A DNA stretch of 48,728 nucleotides, filler included, from Stramenopiles sp. TOSAG23-3 (lineage: Eukaryota): NCBI GenBank assembly GCA_900128585.1. It is 4 parts of 4 records of this genome, joined end to end, with 100 filler letters (N's around TTAATTAATTAA, not from the genome) between each part and the next. Parts side by side here need not be neighbours in the genome. Positions count along the whole stretch, not along the records: positions 22,379 to 44,554 come from LT642341.1; positions 44,655 to 46,641 come from LT645179.1; positions 46,742 to 48,728 come from LT645180.1; 1 more part is not named here. One strand, 5' to 3'. The notes under the pieces were generated by a model, which was given only the letters and a program-made list of their open reading frames with translations, was not told the DNA's origin and made no database searches. Shown one piece after another: positions 42,769-48,728 of this stretch. How positions within the stretch are numbered: the stretch's first letter is position 1; every line of letters begins with the position of its first letter. A program made the position numbers and the translations under genes.

Positions 42769-43920
42769 CTACGATATGATACACGAGCCACCACCTGGCA
42801 GGTGGTGCAATCTAATCCATGGTTTCGTCTGCTTCTTCTCAGGGCACATCGCCATTGGGCTTTCTGCCAACCTGTCCTTGACGTAATTATAGAACTGCCT
42901 TCTCCCCATAGATGGGTGCGGGTAATTTCCCTCCGGCCCACCTAGTACATTGGCAATCACCGTGCGTATTTGGGAGTCGTTCAGCACGGCTTCGTCGAGT
43001 AAATCAAATTCTTTTAGATGGCACCCAAACTCACGTATACGATGCAACGGCACCCCATACGTCAGCCACCGATTCTTGGACCTGACTTCGTCGTTTTCCC
43101 CGAACAAATCGTCCAAGCAATCCATCTGCAATTCAAGGTTGTCGTCCACATTATTCCAGTAGTTAACAACACTGTCGTCATCGGTGCACAGTCGAATGAT
43201 TACTCTTATTGGCAAATATGACAACGGTTTGAGGGCTTTTGAGACGTCCCCATCTGACGATTTTCCATCAGTAAAAATAGTCAACGATACCCACTGACCA
43301 CTTTGCTGTAGCTGCTGCTTCATGGACTGGACCCGCGTAACTACTTCCTTAACGTGTTTGCACAGCGGCGTCACTGTGGCGTGTAGTGAAGGGAAAATAA
43401 GGAGGTTAGCTATTCAGTTGTCGAAGAGTTGGGAGTGAAATAAAAATGAGATAAACTTACTACCCCCGGGGGAACCGTCCAAGAGCGAGCCCAGGAGCAT
43501 GGTGTTCTGGTTACTCTCAGGACCCGCACCGACGACAATTGGACTACCGTTGTTCAGCAAGCGGAATTCGGTAGGTGCGTTGGCAGCGTTGGCAAACTCT
43601 GCGTGAAACTTAATGGCATCGACCATCTCTGACCAGCGGGTGCACCCAATCTTCGCCGCGTGTAATCCTCTCGACGTATTCTGGAGCCTGTTCCCATCCC
43701 CAGAGGCCATCGACCCGCTGTCGTCCACGATAAAGACGCGATAGCACGTCTTACCAAGACCCGAGACCATCAAGTTAGCCAGTCCCAGCGGCCAGTTCCT
43801 TTGCCGCAAGAAATGCATCGCGGCATTCGTATTTATCGTCAGCCCCCCCATCGCCCCAGAGTCCGGGACTGCGTCCACCACGGAGACCGGCACAGCTTGT
43901 GCGGTAGCCAAGGATGCCAT
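42769..43920 (-). CDS. vWA-domain protein with C-terminal CAAX; two exons (43920-43461, 43373-42769), 354 aa
   Basis: MIDAS motif DDSGSM, TRWSE, spliced GGMTPL, IFTDG. 87-nt intron with GTAAGT donor, GCTAAC branch site, polypyrimidine tract and CAG acceptor. C-terminus GGGSCIIS. Confidence 0.85.
43374..43460 (-). other. Spliceosomal GT-AG intron (87 nt)
   Basis: GTAAGT...GCTAAC..CTTATTTTCCCTTC..CACAG; splicing joins two ORFs into a coherent vWA domain. Confidence 0.85.
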
Positions 43921-44419
43921 ACTCAATAGATTTGGTATACTGTTTTCTATGTGGCGAAAGTCGATAATTTATCGTTGCAGTTGATCTCTCTCTCATTACT
44001 TTTGTGAAAGGAGTAAAATCAAATCTACATTTAAAAGGAAGCGAGGTTTAAATAGTACTGTATATAATATATAAGTAGATAGTTTTTTTGGTGAGATAAT
44101 GAAGAAGAAGTGCTGTTTTTCTCCTCTACCAAGGTACTTACTTTAAAGAACACCTTGGTAGTCTATATTATTTAATAGTACACACCATGGGATTTTTGAT
44201 GCCCAACTTTGAGCAGATTAAAAAAAACAAAACAGACGACTACGCGTGGCCACTACGAGGTATAATATTCAGTAAGAACACACCATGGGATTTTTGATAG
44301 ATACCTTACTTGAGCAGATTAAAAAATACCAGACGAATACGTCCGGTAAAAAAGAAGAAGAAGAAAGGGGAGGAGGAGAGAGAGAGAGAGTGAATAAGAG
44401 CATGCACAGATTATTATTC

Positions 44420-44489
44420 TCTCATTCTTCTTCTCTCTTCGTCTCTCTTCTTCTTTCTTCTTCTTCTTTCTTCTTCTTCTTCTTCTTCT

Positions 44490-44553
<64 letters not shown>

Positions 44554-44554
44554 T
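44420..44554 (+). repeat. (CTT)n/(CTTT)n microsatellite at the contig end
   Basis: Read directly from the sequence. Confidence 0.9.
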
Positions 44555-44654
44555 NNNNNNNNNNNNNNNNNNNNNNNNNNNNNNNNNNNNNNNNNNNNTT
44601 AATTAATTAANNNNNNNNNNNNNNNNNNNNNNNNNNNNNNNNNNNNNNNNNNNN
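44555..44654. other. Artificial contig-join linker
   Basis: N44-TTAATTAATTAA-N44. Confidence 0.95.
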
Positions 44655-44880
44655 CCGCCGCAAGCATGAGCAATAAATAGAAAGGGCCACGGCAACCAAA
44701 TACTTTACAGCACGTTGCACGTTTCATAAATTCAACGCGTGGGTCCAATGAAATCTGGCGCCCCGCCCCGTCGTCATCACTACCATGTCTCCCAACGCCC
44801 GACGCCACCATTGGATTCTGCCTCACAAACATAGACCCATCAACTTCCAAAGCATTCATCCGATTCGCTGTTTCTTCCAT
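44655..44880 (-). CDS. 5' fragment of a hypothetical (probably type II membrane) protein, cut by the contig end
   Basis: MEETANRM...FYLLLMLAA runs into the linker; GC-richer than its flank. Confidence 0.5.
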
Positions 44881-45718
44881 CTCAACGTACAAGCCCTAAC
44901 CCGCAGCTGGTACACTCGATTAAATTAACAAATAATTCAATTAAAATGATCTTTTCCAATAATACTTCAAATTTCATAAAAAAATATCATTTATAAAAGT
45001 AATTTGCAGCCATTATTTTTTTGTTTCTATTTTATATAAAAGTAACCAAACTTATATAATTTTTGAAAAAAACTATGAAGGAAGAAGAAGAATCGAATAA
45101 AATAATATGGTGGAAGAAGAAGAAGTCAGTCGTCAGTCAGTCAGTCAGATACATATATAATAATATATATAACAATAGCATTAATGCTGTAATGATATTA
45201 TTATTGCAATAATTATTTAAAAAAAAAAAGGATTCTTCTGGAGTTCTAAAAAGATAAAAAAAGAGGGGATGAAGGATGAGAGTTGTTTTAATTTAATATC
45301 CATCCGATAAATAATAGAAAAATACAAAATAGAGTGAATATTAAGGTAAATGGAAATATATAAGTAGTGTAATGAATACATATTGATGTATATGAGTGAA
45401 TGGATAAAGATGAAGGGTTTTGTTCGTTTATTTCATATTTAAGATTTATAAGAGAGACGTGTGTATAATAATCCTTATTTATTCAATTGTTATTATTTTA
45501 TGAAAGAAGTCAGTGGTGGTATTCTTATTATAGTCGGTCAGTATAGTAGTCAGTAGAAGTTGGTCAATCAAATCTAAATGTATAGTTGTTATATAGTTTT
45601 GTTTACACATCACAAATGAAGGAAACGAAAGAGAGAAGGAAAGGAGATCAAGACCAAACATAATTCTTGCTTTGTGTTTATTAGTTATCTTTTCTATACC
45701 CCGCGTTTGAATTTGAAT

Positions 45719-46633
45719 ATGAAGATTCCAGCATTGGCTGCTGCGTCGGTGCTCTTGATGGCCCAACTCAGCGAGGGAACACCCGCTAAATGCGCAAGTG
45801 ATCAAGCATTCAAAGGAAGTATGGTGGTCGAAGGCTTCTTTAACAATAGACCGGGAGAAGGGCACAGAATGATTTTGAAAGAGAAGATGGGGGACCGTAC
45901 TTGGAACACTGACTTATTGATTAGAGTGGGCAAGGTCGGAGAAGGCGCTGGTAGAATCGGAGAAATTGAAGCGCAACGTGTCAACAAGAATTTGGTAATT
46001 GAAATGGACTGTTGCCCCGGTGGGGAGCACACGCTAAATCCTGCAGCATGCGATCTGAAACTTAGGCGTAACCTCTTTGTCGTGGGGACAGGAAAGCCAG
46101 AGAGCGCTGTATACCAGTGGTTTCTTCCCCTAAATAAAAAAAAAAGAAACGAAGAATTTGAAACACACTGCTTGGCAAAAAAGAACAGCAGAACACAATG
46201 CGCGGAAGACAATTCGGAATTGCGTTATCCCGTTGAAAACCATTTTAAAGTTTTCTCACATATTTTTGAGGGAATGGGGAAAATGTTTTCTCAATTTCGT
46301 ACACCCATTGGGGCAAAATTTGGGAAAGAAGAGAAGACTCCAGAACCCGAGAAAGCCGCTCAGGTTGACGCCGAGACGACAGACACTGGCATCGAAGAGA
46401 AAAGAGCGGCCCGTGCACAGGCACGAAATGAGCGAAATAAGGCCCATGCACAGGCACGAAAGGAGAGAAATAAGGCCCGTGGTCAGGCACAAAATGAGAG
46501 AAATAAGGCCCGTGGTCAGGCACAAAATGAGAGAAATATGGCCCGCGCCGCCTCTTCTCGTGGTCGAGCGAGGAGAAACCGTAAAAATGGACGAAAACTC
46601 CTTGTTGCAGGTGGTAAATCGCCAATGAGCTAA
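45719..46633 (+). CDS. Secreted hypothetical protein with basic 11-aa repeats
   Basis: Signal-like MKIPALAAASVLLMAQLSEG; Cys-containing core; ARGQAQNERNK repeats. Confidence 0.7.
   Translation: MKIPALAAASVLLMAQLSEGTPAKCASDQAFKGSMVVEGFFNNRPGEGHRMILKEKMGDRTWNTDLLIRVGKVGEGAGRIGEIEAQRVNKNLVIEMDCCPGGEHTLNPAACDLKLRRNLFVVGTGKPESAVYQWFLPLNKKKRNEEFETHCLAKKNSRTQCAEDNSELRYPVENHFKVFSHIFEGMGKMFSQFRTPIGAKFGKEEKTPEPEKAAQVDAETTDTGIEEKRAARAQARNERNKAHAQARKERNKARGQAQNERNKARGQAQNERNMARAASSRGRARRNRKNGRKLLVAGGKSPMS
46408..46545 (+). repeat. 33-bp coding tandem repeat x4
   Basis: GGCCCGTGGTCAGGCACAAAATGAGAGAAATAA and variants. Confidence 0.9.
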
Positions 46634-46641
46634 AAAACAAT

Positions 46642-46741
46642 NNNNNNNNNNNNNNNNNNNNNNNNNNNNNNNNNNNNNNNNNNNNTTAATTAATTAANNN
46701 NNNNNNNNNNNNNNNNNNNNNNNNNNNNNNNNNNNNNNNNN
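46642..46741. other. Artificial contig-join linker
   Basis: N44-TTAATTAATTAA-N44. Confidence 0.95.
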
Positions 46742-46971
46742 ATTATTATTATTATTATTTTATATTTTTTTATTGAAACAATTCTATGTAAACTATTATA
46801 TATATATTATATATATAACTTCTGCGTTTACACATAAATGTTGGATGATTTTTTGAGAATCAGAACGGCTATGTTACCATCGCGGACTGTGGATATGTGC
46901 TTTACATTTCTTGCTTTGTTTCGTGTACGTAGTAGTAGCATTATTTTTTATTATCGTCCATTGTAGTACCC

Positions 46972-47631
46972 ATGTCGTGGGAGAGTGCACGAAAGCGAGC
47001 TAGGCAGCAGGAGAGACTAGTAGAACGGAAGATTGAAGAACTTCGTGCCGTCAACTCTTCGTTGACGGTGAGTGGTGGTGGTTATGATCCTGAAGCAGCG
47101 AACTATCCGAAAGAGGCCGGGTTGATGAATGAGATAGAAAACCTGTTTACGTCTTTGTGTGCGTGCGTGGACGACATGACCAACGTTGCGTCTGGGGAAC
47201 GAAGCAAGCAGCAGCAAATTCGTCGTTACAGGCAGGTGATACAGGAAAACCGTACCGAGTACCAAAGGATTGCGCGCAGCCTTAAAGAAAAGCGGGAGAG
47301 TGCTGCCCTGTTCGGCGACATGAATAGCGAATTTAACGGGAAGAACTCGGAGGTGGACCATTTGTTAAGGGAGCGACGTGGACTGGAGTCGGGGCTCCGA
47401 AGCGCGGACTTGCTCTTGGACCAAGCGGACGCGACGAAGGCCGAGCTGCTCGGCCAACGTAGTATCTTTGAAAGCACTGGCAGGCGGCTCATGGGGCCGA
47501 TTTTGAACGCTTTCCCTGTGCTGAACACGTGGATAGAAAAAGTAAAAAAGAGGAAACAGAGGGACCAGATTGTGCTTGCGGCCGTCATTGCAACCCTGGT
47601 GCTGTTCTTGTTGTGGTGGATCAGGCGGTGA
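46972..47631 (+). CDS. GOSR1: Golgi SNAP receptor complex member 1 (GS28/Gos1, Qb-SNARE)
   Basis: MSWESARKRARQQE, RYRQVIQE..EY.R, LLRERRGLE..AD.LL.QA..T..L..QR, FP.LN, KQRDQIVLAAVI C-terminal TM anchor. Confidence 0.9.
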   Translation: MSWESARKRARQQERLVERKIEELRAVNSSLTVSGGGYDPEAANYPKEAGLMNEIENLFTSLCACVDDMTNVASGERSKQQQIRRYRQVIQENRTEYQRIARSLKEKRESAALFGDMNSEFNGKNSEVDHLLRERRGLESGLRSADLLLDQADATKAELLGQRSIFESTGRRLMGPILNAFPVLNTWIEKVKKRKQRDQIVLAAVIATLVLFLLWWIRR

Positions 47632-47680
47632 TGGATGAACGCGGGGGTGCAGCACTCAGAAAACTTATTTAAAAAAGAAA

Positions 47681-47738
47681 AAAACAAGAAAATTGGCTGT
47701 TTTCTTATAAAAACAAAAAATTGGCTTTTTTTAAGTAA
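47681..47738 (+). repeat. Two tandem partial 3'-flank elements, downstream of GOSR1
   Basis: AAAACAAGAAAATTGGCTGTTTT and AAAAACAAAAAATTGGCTTTTTTTAAGTAA. Confidence 0.8.
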
Positions 47739-47981
47739 CATATCCTACGAGAGTATAAAAAAGAAGGGTGATGTGCGGGAAACGACTCTTTTTTAAAACC
47801 AGAAATGATGGCGGTTATTTAGAACGACTCTTTTTATGTTATGTTAAGCTTTATAAGACTTGGACTTATAATTTGTTTTTTTTATAAGACTTAGAATTAT
47901 TAGCCAATGAAGCGCACACTATATTTAATTTTAAATAAGAAATTACGCGGCTATTACAGCTCTCGGTATACAACTCGTAAT

Positions 47982-48386
47982 TTAATGTATATGGTCACGA
48001 ACGTCTTTCTTGAATTGATTCAATAGTTTCTTTATCGTAGCCGCACTTTTTGATTTAGATTTGTAGGCGTATAATTTTCGTGTATTTACATTAATAGCAG
48101 TTAATATATATTTATACTGTTTGTTTTTACTTGCTAACCGTTTCATTTCCGTCAAATCCATTTGGAATGCACCAGGTCGGTAGCTAAAGATCGGCAAGTA
48201 ATTTATTTTTTTGGTCTGACGATAATGGACTTGAGTAGTAGCTTGCTTTTTATACCACGATTGAACGTCTTTTAACTTGATAGTTTTTATTACTTTTTTA
48301 GCTTTCTTATACAAAGAGTTGATTCCCATCAATCCTTCTAAAGGGTCGTAATATATTTCGGTCAATACTTTCTCGATTTTGCTCAT
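47982..48386 (-). pseudogene. Truncated Polinton/Maverick- or virophage-type retroviral-like (rve) integrase
   Basis: IYYDP..G..G...LY, DVQSW..Q, FQMDL (first catalytic Asp), YKYILTAINVNTRK.YAY..KSKS. TAA is followed in frame by ITS, where the second Asp motif is expected. AT-rich. Confidence 0.8.
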
Positions 48387-48414
48387 ATATATATAAAAGA
48401 CTATATAAATTAAC

Positions 48415-48728
48415 TTATGGTTGGACCGGGGTTATTTTCGTCATTTTTTTCTCTTCCTCTTTCTGCTGCGCTTTGTATTCGTCCCACGTCAAAATTCCTC
48501 CTTTGCTATCGTCCAAGTTCTTGGAGCAGAAGGGAAACACAAAGACCTCGCTTGGTTTGGGGCACTCGTCCTTTGCATTGCTCGCCCATTTCAACACGTA
48601 AAACAGCGGAATGTATTGAAGCACGAAGGAGGCAATCGCAATGATGCTAAAGAGCATAAACGAGTAGGTGTGCGCTTGGGTCAGTTTCCAGACGATGAAC
48701 GGAATCATCACGAACCCTTCCAGGGTTT
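48415..48728 (-). CDS. 3' end of a multi-pass membrane protein (runs off the window)
   Basis: Frame open to the window edge; hydrophobic FMLFSIIAIASFVLQYIPLFYVL; charged tail. Confidence 0.65.
   Translation of the reverse strand, partial: TLEGFVMIPFIVWKLTQAHTYSFMLFSIIAIASFVLQYIPLFYVLKWASNAKDECPKPSEVFVFPFCSKNLDDSKGGILTWDEYKAQQKEEEKKMTKITPVQP

Overview
Eukaryotic, gene-dense and nearly intron-free protist DNA (stramenopile-like by gene content; this is inference). GC-richer CDSs alternate with very AT-rich, microsatellite-laden spacers. The window is not contiguous: three artificial N44-TTAATTAATTAA-N44 linkers (22279-22378, 44555-44654, 46642-46741) join four contigs, and there is one plain 71-N gap. 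Recognisable genes: Kelch/coiled-coil protein, P4H-like 2OG-Fe(II) oxygenase, kinesin-14, GH10 xylanase, 3xSH3/IQ/EF-hand/Zn-knuckle protein, choline/ethanolamine kinase, frameshifted IQ-PDZ-EF-hand protein, TET/JBP-like dioxygenase, FGGY sugar kinase, TatD, front-end fatty acid desaturase, SURF6/Rrp14, two LRR proteins, a Cys-rich multi-pass membrane protein, a two-exon vWA-CAAX protein, a secreted protein, GOSR1, and a decayed Polinton/virophage-type integrase. Most notable: (1) a conserved 25-60 bp element (AAACAAGAAAATTGGCTGTTATTTAAGTAATTAAATTTAGCTTC) lying 30-300 bp downstream of the stop codon of at least 9 unrelated genes, always on the sense strand, a candidate undescribed 3'-end/UTR system; (2) a virus-like TET/JBP nucleic-acid dioxygenase; (3) the integrase relic; (4) a +1 frameshift inside a PDZ domain.
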